DNA from: Planctomycetota bacterium
GTDB lineage: Bacteria > Planctomycetota > B15-G4
Length of the DNA stretch: 64,000 bases
Direction of reading: 5' to 3'
Assembly (NCBI GenBank): GCA_038212275.1
Contig: JBBQUR010000005.1
Coordinates: 96,001-160,000 of the forward strand
This document shows, piece after piece, positions 35,623-47,550 of this stretch. A program made the translations under genes and the position numbers. The notes below the pieces were generated by a model, which was not told the origin of the DNA, did no database searches, and worked only from the letters and a program-made list of their open reading frames with translations. Position 1 is the stretch's first letter. The number at the start of each line of letters is the position of its first letter.

Positions 35623-37315
35623 CCGGATGACAGAGCAGCCCGACCCCGCGGCGCACCCCGACCCCGCGGCGCGCCCCGACCCCGCGGCGCGCCCGGACAC
35701 CCCGCTGCGTCCGGAGCCGCGCACGTCGCCGCTGCCGACCGTGCTGGTCTTCCTGTGCCTCGGCGCGCTCGGCGTGTGGGGCCATCACACCGGTTGGAAG
35801 GCGCCGCGCTTCTCCGAGCTCTTCGGCCGCAGCGCCGCGCCGGCCGAGGACTGGTGCACGGAACACAACGTGCCCGAGTCCGCCTGCATCGCCTGCAATC
35901 CCGCGCTCGTCGGGCAGAGCGCCGCCGACTGGTGCAGCGAGCACGGCGTGCCGGAGTCGCGCTGCACCGCCTGCAACCCCGAGCTCCTGAAGACAGGCGT
36001 CGCGGGCGACTGGTGCGAGGAGCACGGGCTCCCCGAGTCCGGCTGCACGATCTGCAATCCAGGCATCGCGCACCCGGGCGCGTTGCCGACGGACGACACG
36101 GCTGCCGTCGTGTCCGCGGGATCGCACGCCGGAGAGCTGCCGGAGGATCATCCGGCAGGAGAGCCTGCCGAAGCGGCCGCGGGCGCCGCGGATCCGCTGC
36201 GCGATGCGCGCACGTGCCAGAAGCACGCGCTCAAGGTGCAGTTCGCATCGGCCGCGTCGGTCGCCAGGGCCGGCGTGCGACTGGGCCAGGCCGTGTTGCG
36301 TCCGATGTCGGACTCGGTCATCGCCAACGCCGAGGTGGACTACGACCGCACGCGTTTCGCGCGGCTGGCGTCGCGCGTGACAGGCACCGCGTGGCGCATC
36401 GGCACGGAGCCGGGCGCGTCCGTGAAGTCCGGCGAGGTGCTGGCGCTCATCGAGTCCTCCGAGGTCGGTCGCGCGCGCGTCGAATTCCTGCAGGCGTCTT
36501 CGGCGGCCGACGCGGCCGGCGCGCTGTCGGCCCGCATGCGCGCTTCGAGCGAGGCGGGCTTCCGCACCGAGGCCGAGCGCCTGGCTGCGGAAGCCGGTGC
36601 GCGCGAGGCGGACCTGCGCCTGCTGCAGGCGCGGCAGGCGCTCGCGACGCTGGGCCTCGACGAGCCGCAGGCCGGCGCGACGGGGGCGGTTTCGCCCGGC
36701 CTCGCACCCGTCGTCGCACCTGGCCTCGCGCCCGTCGTCGCGCCCTTTGACGGGGTCGTGCTGTCCTGCGATGTCGTGGTCGGCGAGCGCGTCGATCCCG
36801 AGCGCACGCTCTTCGAGATCGCGGACACGCGGCGCATGCGCGTCCTGATGGACGTGCCGCAGGCCGAGGCGCATCGCATGGCGCTCGGCCAGGAGGTCAT
36901 CTTCCGGCCCGATGACGCGCGCGACGAAGTCGTCACCGGCACCGTCACGTGGATCTCGACCGCGGTGGACGAGCAGGCGCGCACGGTGAAGGTGCGCGCC
37001 GACATTCCCAACGACGACGGCGGCCTGCGGGCCCACGCCTTCGGCCGCGCGCAGGTCGTCGTGCGCAGCGACAGCCGGGCGGTCGCCGTGCCGACGGCCG
37101 CGATCCAGTGGGAGGGCTGCTGCTACGTGGTCTTCGTGCGCGTGACCGACGAAATCTTCCAGACGCGCAAGGTGCGGCTGGGCGCGCGCGACGCGGCCTT
37201 CACCGAGGTCGTCGCGGGGCTGCTCCCCGGCGAGGTCGTCGCGACGGAGGGCAGTCACGTGCTCAAGTCCGAGATCCTGAAGAGCAGCCTCGGCGCCGGC
37301 TGCGTGGACGATTGA
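35615..37315 (+). CDS. czcB: CzcB-like periplasmic adaptor with three WCxEHxxPESxCxxCNP repeats
   Basis: AGGAGG RBS; TM anchor; three Cys/His repeats; APFDGVV; GLLPGEVVATEGSHVLK. Confidence 0.85.
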   Translation: MSDRMTEQPDPAAHPDPAARPDPAARPDTPLRPEPRTSPLPTVLVFLCLGALGVWGHHTGWKAPRFSELFGRSAAPAEDWCTEHNVPESACIACNPALVGQSAADWCSEHGVPESRCTACNPELLKTGVAGDWCEEHGLPESGCTICNPGIAHPGALPTDDTAAVVSAGSHAGELPEDHPAGEPAEAAAGAADPLRDARTCQKHALKVQFASAASVARAGVRLGQAVLRPMSDSVIANAEVDYDRTRFARLASRVTGTAWRIGTEPGASVKSGEVLALIESSEVGRARVEFLQASSAADAAGALSARMRASSEAGFRTEAERLAAEAGAREADLRLLQARQALATLGLDEPQAGATGAVSPGLAPVVAPGLAPVVAPFDGVVLSCDVVVGERVDPERTLFEIADTRRMRVLMDVPQAEAHRMALGQEVIFRPDDARDEVVTGTVTWISTAVDEQARTVKVRADIPNDDGGLRAHAFGRAQVVVRSDSRAVAVPTAAIQWEGCCYVVFVRVTDEIFQTRKVRLGARDAAFTEVVAGLLPGEVVATEGSHVLKSEILKSSLGAGCVDD

Positions 37316-37325
37316 GCGGACGCCC

Positions 37326-40405
<3,080 letters not shown>

Positions 40406-40409
<4 letters not shown>

Positions 40410-41353
40410 GCGCTCGCCTGCCCGTCTCCGTCCGCCATGTCGTCGACGTCGAGCTGTTGCGCGGGCCGGCCGCCGGGCCCGAAGCCGTGCCCGACCTGCT
40501 CATCGAGGTGCCGCACGGCGCCGATCGTCGCCAGCATTACGACGCCTTGCGCGAGCGCCTGCTCGGCGACCTGCCCGACGATCTGCACCTGTACTTCAAC
40601 CTGAACACCGACATCGGTGCGTGGGACTACGGTCGCGCGACGGCCTGCGCCGTGCTCGCCGCGCAGCCCGGGCGCTCGATCCTCCTGCTGCGCTGCCTGA
40701 TCCCGCGCACCTTCGTCGACTGCAACCGGCGCGTGGACTACGAGGGCGGCCGCCGCGAGGAGGGCGCGCTCACGGCGGGGATCCCGAGCTACGTCCGCGA
40801 CGGCCGCGATCGCGCGCTGCTGCTCGAGCTGCACGACACCTACTGCGGTATCGCGCGTGCTGCCTTCGCGGCGGTGTGCGGCGCCGGCGGGTCCGCGCTC
40901 GTTCCGCACAGCTACGGCCCGCGCACGCTCGGCATCGACGCCATCGACGACGACATCGTGGCCAGGTTGCGTCGGGCCTGCGCGCCCGACGTCCACGACA
41001 CCTGGCCGCTGCGCGCCGAGGTCGACCTGCTGACCCGCGACGCGCAGGGCGCGCTGTTCGCACCCGAGGGGATGGAGGCGCGCCTGCTCGCCGACTTCGC
41101 TGCCGCCGGATTCGGCGTGAAGGCCAACGAGACCTTCAACCTGCATGCGAGCACCCTCGCGCACGAGTGGTCGACGACTTATCCGGGCCAGGTGCTCTGC
41201 CTCGAGGTCCGGCGCGATGCCCTGGTGGAGCGCTGGACGCCCTTCGACGAGATGCGCGTCGTGGAATCCCGCTGCGAGCGCGTGGCCCGGGTGCTCGCGC
41301 CGGCGTTGCGCTCCGACGGCCAGGTCGCGGCACGTCGGGGCCTTCCGCGCTGA
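40406..41353 (+). CDS. N-formylglutamate amidohydrolase-like Zn hydrolase
   Basis: IEVPHG, NTDIGA, RTFVDCNR, PHSY, CLEVRRD; ATGA overlap with czcA. Confidence 0.72.
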
Positions 41354-41418
41354 ACCGTTCGCGCCCGCCGCGCAGGCGGGCGACGGAGCCGGCATGCACG
41401 CGTATGCTGTCGCGCGCC

Positions 41419-43974
41419 ATGAGCTCGAGGCCAACACCGACGGGCCGTGGGGGAGCACGCGACCTGACCGGTCGGTGGCGCTGCGCGCGGCGCAGCCTCA
41501 GTTGCCTGGCCGCGGTGACGGCGGGGGCGATGCTTGCCGGGCTCTGCGGGTGCGACCGCGCGCCCCCGGAGTCCACGGTGGCGGCCGCGCCGCCGCACTT
41601 TCCCGTCCGCGGCCTGGGCGAGGTCGGGCCGGCGCCGGCGGCCCCCGCGGTGATCGACGAGAACTTCGACACGCTGGACGGCTGGTGGGCGCTGGCCGAC
41701 CACGCCGATGGAAGACTGACGCTGCTGCCCGCGGGCGCCTCGCCGGACGTGGTGCTGCATGAGCATCGCGTGACGCTGCCCGAAAACACCGCGCTGCTCA
41801 CCTTCGTCCCGCTGCGCGAATGGACGCCGTACTCGCTGCGCGTGCGCATGAACGGACCGCAGGCCGCGCCGGGCCAGCCGTGTCCGCAACTCATGCTGCT
41901 GGCGGTGCACACCAGGGGCGCCATGCAACTGGCCCGAGGCGAGACGCCCGCTCCGGACGAAGTCGCCGCGCTGGCGAGCCTGCTGGCGCAGAGTGCGGCT
42001 GCGTCGCCCGCCTGGTGGTTGCCGGAGACGGAGTCCGAGCTGCCCGAAGCGCGACTCGACCGGGGCCTCGGCGATGTGACGGGGCCGGGGACGGAGGCGG
42101 CGACGGAGACAGAGACGGAGACGGAGACGATGGTGCTCGTGGCGATCGACGCGTGGGGCGGCGAGCTGCAGGTCGAACACGTCTCCCTGCAGGCAACGCT
42201 TCCGCTGCGGCACGGCTACGACCCGAGTTCGGAAATTCCCGCCAGCTCGGACGAGCTCGCCATCGAGGGCATCAAGCTGTCGGGCGAATGGCGGCCGTCG
42301 GCCCTGGTGCCAGCGGGAAAGAAGCTGCTACTGCCGGTCAACGTGCCCGAGGGCGCGGTGGATGTCCTCACGGGCGTCTGTCCGGAGCCGGGCGCGGGGG
42401 TGGGGGACTCGTGCTCGTGGAGCGTGACGCTGCGGCCGGGCGGGCAACTGCTCGCCGAGGCGACCGAGCACGTCGTCCCGGATCGTGCGCCGTGTTTCGT
42501 CGACCACATCCTGCCGTGGCCTGCGGACGTCCAGGGGCCGGTGACGATCGAGTTCGCCGTGGAGGGCGCGCGCGGCATGATCTTCGGGCAGCCCAGGGTG
42601 CGGGGCCCCGAGAGCCCCGATGCGCCGTCGCTGCTCTTCGTGTCCATCGACACGCTGCGCGCCGACCATCTCGGCTTCCTCGGCTACGGCCGGCCGACGA
42701 CCCCGTATCTGGACGAGCTCGCTCGCCACGCCGCGGTGTTCACGGACGTGACGGCCGCCGCCTCGTACACGCTGCCGGCGCACGCGACGATGTTCACCGG
42801 ACTCTTTCCGCCGCGGCACATGGCGCTGGACACCGGCGACCGCCTCGATGCGGACCGCACGCCGACGCTGGCGCGATACCTCGCGGACGCAGGCTTTCAC
42901 GCCGCCGGCTTCACGGGGGGCGGCCTCGTCTCCGTGGACTACGGTTTCGCCGCCGGCTTCGACCGCTACACGACGGTCGATCCGGTGGCCATTCCGCCCT
43001 TCATCACCACAGGCGCGGACGGCAGCGTGCCGGATTCCGCGCAGATCCGGCAGGCGCGCGAGAACAACTCGCTGGATGACGTGGGCGCGTGGATCGCCCT
43101 CCAGGGCCGGCGCCGCTGGTTCGCTTTCGTGCACACCTTCGCCACGCACGAGTACGACCCGCCCGACGAAGACCGCGTCCTGTTCGAGCGCGTGCTGGAC
43201 GTCTCGCCCGACTTCAACGTGCAGGCGCGCCTGAAGCCGCAATCCGTGGCGACCGATCCGCCCACGCGCGCCGAGCTCGACCGGCTCATCGACCTCTACG
43301 ATGCCACCATCCATCACGTGGACCGGCGCTTCGGCCGGTTGCTCGAGTCGCTGCGTCGCGATCACCTGCTCGATCACACGATCGTGGTGGTGACCAGTGA
43401 CCACGGCGAGGAATTCCTGGAGCACGGCCGCCTGCGTCACTACGGGTCGCTCTACCAGGAGCTGGTGCACGTGCCGCTGCTGATCAGCCTGCCCGGCGAC
43501 GGGCCGGGCCTGCGGCTGGACGTGCCGGTGAGCCAGGCGGACCTGCTGCCTACCTTGCTGGAGCTGCTGGGCGTGCCGGTGCCCGCGGGCCTGGACGGGC
43601 GCTCGCTGGCCCCGCTGCTTGCCGGCGCGCCCGAGCCCGGCGCACCGACGCCGCTCTTCGGCAACCTCGACCTGCACACGCACGGCCGCTCGGCACTCCG
43701 GCAGGGCGACTGGAAGATCATCCACGCCGACACGAGTGCCTACCGGGTCGAACCGGCCCGTGCGCCGTGGGAGTTCTACAACCTCCGCAGCGACCCGCAG
43801 GAGCAGCGCGACCTGTCGGGCGAGGAACTTCCGGAGCTGGGTCGCATGCAGGGGCTCATCGGGGAGATCGAGGCCTCGCTCGCCGCGCGTCGCGGCGTCC
43901 GCCGGGCGGCGACGCCGGATGAGGAGGTCCGCCGCCGCCTCATCGAACTGGGCTACATCGAGGCGGCTCGCTGA
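41419..43974 (+). CDS. Sulfatase/alkaline-phosphatase-superfamily protein with an N-terminal beta-rich extension (start uncertain)
   Basis: SIDTLRADHLG, YTLPAHATMFTG, TSDHGEEF, HVPLLI, YNLRSDPQE, LIELGY; lipobox-like LCGC. Confidence 0.87.
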   Translation: MSSRPTPTGRGGARDLTGRWRCARRSLSCLAAVTAGAMLAGLCGCDRAPPESTVAAAPPHFPVRGLGEVGPAPAAPAVIDENFDTLDGWWALADHADGRLTLLPAGASPDVVLHEHRVTLPENTALLTFVPLREWTPYSLRVRMNGPQAAPGQPCPQLMLLAVHTRGAMQLARGETPAPDEVAALASLLAQSAAASPAWWLPETESELPEARLDRGLGDVTGPGTEAATETETETETMVLVAIDAWGGELQVEHVSLQATLPLRHGYDPSSEIPASSDELAIEGIKLSGEWRPSALVPAGKKLLLPVNVPEGAVDVLTGVCPEPGAGVGDSCSWSVTLRPGGQLLAEATEHVVPDRAPCFVDHILPWPADVQGPVTIEFAVEGARGMIFGQPRVRGPESPDAPSLLFVSIDTLRADHLGFLGYGRPTTPYLDELARHAAVFTDVTAAASYTLPAHATMFTGLFPPRHMALDTGDRLDADRTPTLARYLADAGFHAAGFTGGGLVSVDYGFAAGFDRYTTVDPVAIPPFITTGADGSVPDSAQIRQARENNSLDDVGAWIALQGRRRWFAFVHTFATHEYDPPDEDRVLFERVLDVSPDFNVQARLKPQSVATDPPTRAELDRLIDLYDATIHHVDRRFGRLLESLRRDHLLDHTIVVVTSDHGEEFLEHGRLRHYGSLYQELVHVPLLISLPGDGPGLRLDVPVSQADLLPTLLELLGVPVPAGLDGRSLAPLLAGAPEPGAPTPLFGNLDLHTHGRSALRQGDWKIIHADTSAYRVEPARAPWEFYNLRSDPQEQRDLSGEELPELGRMQGLIGEIEASLAARRGVRRAATPDEEVRRRLIELGYIEAAR

Positions 43975-44019
43975 CGCGGCGGTCCCGGGCAGCGCCACGC
44001 GAGAGACACCGCGGCATTT

Positions 44020-44748
44020 TCAGTCGCCGCGCAGCGCCTCGATGTCGTCGGTGACCAGCGCGTCCACGCCCCAGTCGCGCAGCGTCCGGGCCCGGGCCGG
44101 GTCGTTGACGGTGTAGGCCAGCAGCGGCACGCCGGCTTCGTGCGCCGCGCGCACGAAGGGCTCGCTGAGCCGGCTCTCCTCGGCGTGCAGCGAGACGCAT
44201 TCCAGAGCGCCGAGGCGCTGTCGCCAGTCGTGCGGGACGGCCTCGACGAGGAGCCCGCGCAGCAGGTCCGGTGCTGCGGCCCGCGCGGCAGCCAGCGACT
44301 CCACCGAGAAGCTGGAGACCACCGGCGGCGGGAGGTGCGCCGGCCAGATGCGCGAGGCGGCCAGGGCCACGGCGCGGCCTGTCTCCTCTTCGCGACCGGG
44401 GCACGGCTTGATCTCGATGTTCGCGCCGAGCTTCAACTTGCCGAGCAGCGTGACTGCCGCCATGAAGCTGGGCACCTTCTCGCCCGCAAACTTCTTCCCG
44501 AACCAGCTGCCGGCGTCCAGCTTCGCGAGGTCCTTCCAGCGCATGGCGGCCACCGGGCCGCTGCCATTGGTGGTGCGGTCCAGCAGCTCGTCGTGCATGA
44601 GCAGCAGCTCGCCGTCCGCCGAGAGCTTGACGTCGAACTCCACCCACGGTGCACCAAGCTCCGCCGCGCGGCGCAACGCCACCAGCGTGTTCTCGGGCGC
44701 CACCTTGCGCGCGCCACGATGTGCCAGCAGGGCGGGCAGCACGCTCAA
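44020..44748 (-). CDS. ugpQ: Glycerophosphodiester phosphodiesterase
   Basis: AHRGARKVAPENT, EFDVKLSADG, HDELLDRTTNG, NIEIK, YTVND; TTG start overlapping the upstream stop. Confidence 0.9.
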   Translation of the reverse strand: MSVLPALLAHRGARKVAPENTLVALRRAAELGAPWVEFDVKLSADGELLLMHDELLDRTTNGSGPVAAMRWKDLAKLDAGSWFGKKFAGEKVPSFMAAVTLLGKLKLGANIEIKPCPGREEETGRAVALAASRIWPAHLPPPVVSSFSVESLAAARAAAPDLLRGLLVEAVPHDWRQRLGALECVSLHAEESRLSEPFVRAAHEAGVPLLAYTVNDPARARTLRDWGVDALVTDDIEALRGD

Positions 44749-45932
44749 GCGCCGCCTCCGGCGACGGGGCCGGGTTTCGTCGCGGCGGTGGCGGCGGTGG
44801 CGGTGGTGGCGGTGGCCGCGTCGAGGCCGCTGCGCGCGGCAAGGGCCGCCGCATCGGGAGCCGCCTTGCGGCCGCCGCGTTCGAAGTGCCCGCTGACCTG
44901 CAGCGTCGCCGACGTGTCGAGCGCGCGTGCGACCAGCTCGCGCGCGCCGGCGCGCAGCGACTCGCTGGCCTGCACGGCGCGCACGTTGCGCTCCATGTCC
45001 TCGGCGGTCCAGCCGCGGCTGTGCGCGATGAACGGGAACTGCGGGAACGAGAAACCCAGCTCGCCGAAGAAGGTGAGCATCTGCCCGGCGACGGCCTGGA
45101 TGTTGTCCTGCCCGCCCGTGATGACGAAGGCGGCGACCTTGCGCTGGATGAGCACCTTGTTGGCGATGGTCATCTGGTTCTGGATGCAGTTCATGCGCTC
45201 GACCATCTTGGTGTAGAGCGCGGAGGGCCCGCCCCAGCGGATGGGCGTCGCGACGAGCACCACGTCCGCCCAGTGCACGAGCGCCTCGTAGACCGGCGTG
45301 AGCTGGTCGTCGGCGAAGCGCTCCGTGATCGCGCACGGCCAGGTGCAGGCGCGCGCCGCCTTGCTGTAATTGCCTTCGCATTCGCGGAAGGGGAGCTCGC
45401 GCAGGCGCAGCAGCTTCGTGTCGGCGTTGAGCTCTGCCGCGGCGTGCTCCAGCGCGTGCTCCAGCAGGTGGTCGCTGGTCGAAAAGCGCGGGTTGTCCGC
45501 GGCCATCGCCGTGGTGGAAAGGCCCAGCACGCGCGGCTTGTCGTGCGGCTCGTGCACGACGGGGCGCGCCAGCGGGTGGGGCGGGTGCGGGGCCAGGGCG
45601 CGCGGCGTGGCCGGCGTCAGGTTGACCCAGACGTCGTTGCCGCGCACCTCGGCGGCGTAGCTCGGCACGGCTTCGGTGTCGTAGGGCGCCGGGCCGCGTC
45701 CGGTCTTCACGCTGTATTCCCAGGCGTGCCACGGGCACATCACGAACTCGCCATGCACGGCGCCACCGGACAACGGACCGCCCTTGTGATTGCAGGCATC
45801 GCCGATGGCCCACGGCCGGCCTTCCAGCCAGAAGAGCGCGAGGCGCGTGCGTTCCACGGTGAGGCCGAGCGAGCCCTTGGCTTCCAGCTCGGCGCGCGAG
45901 CAGGCTTCCGTCCAGCGCTCCGTTCCCGTCAC
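44745..45932 (-). CDS. Rieske [2Fe-2S] domain fused to a flavodoxin-fold FMN reductase/iron-sulfur flavoprotein domain
   Basis: CNHKGG...CPWH Rieske ligands; RFSTS, CEGNYSK...CTWPC, ATPIRWG, ERMNC. Confidence 0.87.
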   Translation of the reverse strand: MTGTERWTEACSRAELEAKGSLGLTVERTRLALFWLEGRPWAIGDACNHKGGPLSGGAVHGEFVMCPWHAWEYSVKTGRGPAPYDTEAVPSYAAEVRGNDVWVNLTPATPRALAPHPPHPLARPVVHEPHDKPRVLGLSTTAMAADNPRFSTSDHLLEHALEHAAAELNADTKLLRLRELPFRECEGNYSKAARACTWPCAITERFADDQLTPVYEALVHWADVVLVATPIRWGGPSALYTKMVERMNCIQNQMTIANKVLIQRKVAAFVITGGQDNIQAVAGQMLTFFGELGFSFPQFPFIAHSRGWTAEDMERNVRAVQASESLRAGARELVARALDTSATLQVSGHFERGGRKAAPDAAALAARSGLDAATATTATAATAATKPGPVAGGGA

Positions 45933-46057
45933 CGGCGACTCCCGTGAGACTCGTCCCCGCGTGCCCTCGCCGCTGCGGCCGTTGCCGCAGGCGTCACGCG
46001 TGGCCGCGTGCGGCGAGCATAGCAGGCCGTCCGCGCCGGACTGATACCTTTGCCGCG

Positions 46058-47482
46058 ATGGGATCCGCGAGTGCAAGCGACAGTCCGGCAGCCGCGGCGG
46101 TGGCCCACTCGGCGTGGGACGAGGTCGCGGCGCTGGCGCGCCTGGCCGGGCCGGTGGTGGCCGTGCAGGTCGGCCTCTTCCTCATGGGCTTCGTGGACAG
46201 CGTGATGGTCGGGCACGTCGCGCACGACGCGGCCACGCAGCTCGCGGGCGTGGCGCTCGGCAGTCTGTTCACCTGGGGCATTCTCGCGCTGGGCATGGGC
46301 ACGCTCATGGCGCTGGACCCGCTGGTGAGCCAGGCCGCCGGCGCGCGCGACGGACAGGCCATCGGCCGCGCGGTGCAGCGCGGCGCCGTGCTCGGAGCGC
46401 TGCTCACGCTGCCGGCCATCGTGCTGCTGGCTGTCGCGGGGCCGCTGCTGTCCATGCTGGGGCAGCCGCCGGCGGTCGTCGAGATCGCGGCCGCCTACGC
46501 GCACTGGGCCATTCCCGGCGTGCCGGCCTTCTTCGGTTTCGTCGTGCTGCGCCAGACCCTGCAGGCGCTGCACCGGCTGCGGCCGATCGTGATCGTCATC
46601 GTGATCGCCAATGCCATCAACGTGCTGCTCGACTGGGGCTTCGTGCACGGGCGCTTCGGCCTGCCGGCGCTGGGGGCGGTGGGCTGCTCGCTGGCCACCT
46701 CGCTGTGCCGCTGGATGATGTGCCTGCTGCTGCTGTGGATGGCGTGGTCGCTCGTGGGCATGCACCTGCGGCCGTTCCGGCGCGAGGCGATGGACCGCGC
46801 GGCGCTGGCCGGCATGCTGCGCCTCGGGCTGCCCATCGGCCTCATGATCATCGCGGAGGTCGCGGCCTTCGGCACGATCACGCTCTTCATGGGACACCTC
46901 GGCCCGACGCAGATGGCGGGACATCACGTCGCGCTGAACCTCGCCGCGCTGGCCTTCATGGTGCCGCTCGGGATCTCGGCCGCCGCCGCCGTGCGCGTCG
47001 GTCACGCCATCGGCCGCGGCGATGCCTCGGGCACGCGCCGCTCCGCGACCGTCGCGCTGAGCGCCGGCGCCGGCGTGATGTGCGTGTCCGCGCTGCTCTT
47101 CGTGCTCATCCCGGAGCGCCTCGCCGCGGTCTACACGGCCGACGCGGGCGTGCTGGCCATGGCCGCGACGCTGCTGCCCATCGCGGCGATGTTCCAGGTG
47201 GCCGACGGCGTGCAGATCGTGGCCAACGGCGTGCTGCGCGGCTCCGGTGACACGCGCACGCCGATGGTGGTCTACATGCTGGGCTACTGGCTTTTCGGCC
47301 TGCCGCTCGCGCTGTGGCTGGCCTTCGGCTGGGGCCTCGGACCCGCGGGACTGTGGTGGGGCCTCGTCGCGGCGCTGTCGCTCGTGGCCATCGTGCTCAT
47401 CGTGCGCGTGCGCAAGCGGCTCGCGCAGCCGGTGGCGCGGCTGAGCGTGGAGAGCCAGCGCCCGCACGCCGCGGAGAGCTGA
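46058..47482 (+). CDS. MATE family efflux transporter (NorM-like)
   Basis: GFVDSVMVG, FMVPLGISAAAAVRVG, FQVADGVQ...GVLRGSGDTRTP. Confidence 0.93.
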   Translation: MGSASASDSPAAAAVAHSAWDEVAALARLAGPVVAVQVGLFLMGFVDSVMVGHVAHDAATQLAGVALGSLFTWGILALGMGTLMALDPLVSQAAGARDGQAIGRAVQRGAVLGALLTLPAIVLLAVAGPLLSMLGQPPAVVEIAAAYAHWAIPGVPAFFGFVVLRQTLQALHRLRPIVIVIVIANAINVLLDWGFVHGRFGLPALGAVGCSLATSLCRWMMCLLLLWMAWSLVGMHLRPFRREAMDRAALAGMLRLGLPIGLMIIAEVAAFGTITLFMGHLGPTQMAGHHVALNLAALAFMVPLGISAAAAVRVGHAIGRGDASGTRRSATVALSAGAGVMCVSALLFVLIPERLAAVYTADAGVLAMAATLLPIAAMFQVADGVQIVANGVLRGSGDTRTPMVVYMLGYWLFGLPLALWLAFGWGLGPAGLWWGLVAALSLVAIVLIVRVRKRLAQPVARLSVESQRPHAAES

Positions 47483-47550
47483 CGCCACCCGATCATCGTG
47501 CCGCTGCGACGGCGTGCGGTGCTGACCGGAGAGCGCATACCATTCCCGCC

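Noticed and set aside
40621..41418. N-terminal extensions from the ORF track (sulfatase; likewise modA/B/C, epimerase, ugpQ, SDR)
   Set aside because: They overlap upstream genes in another frame; true starts were assigned from stop/start overlaps, RBS or -10 position.
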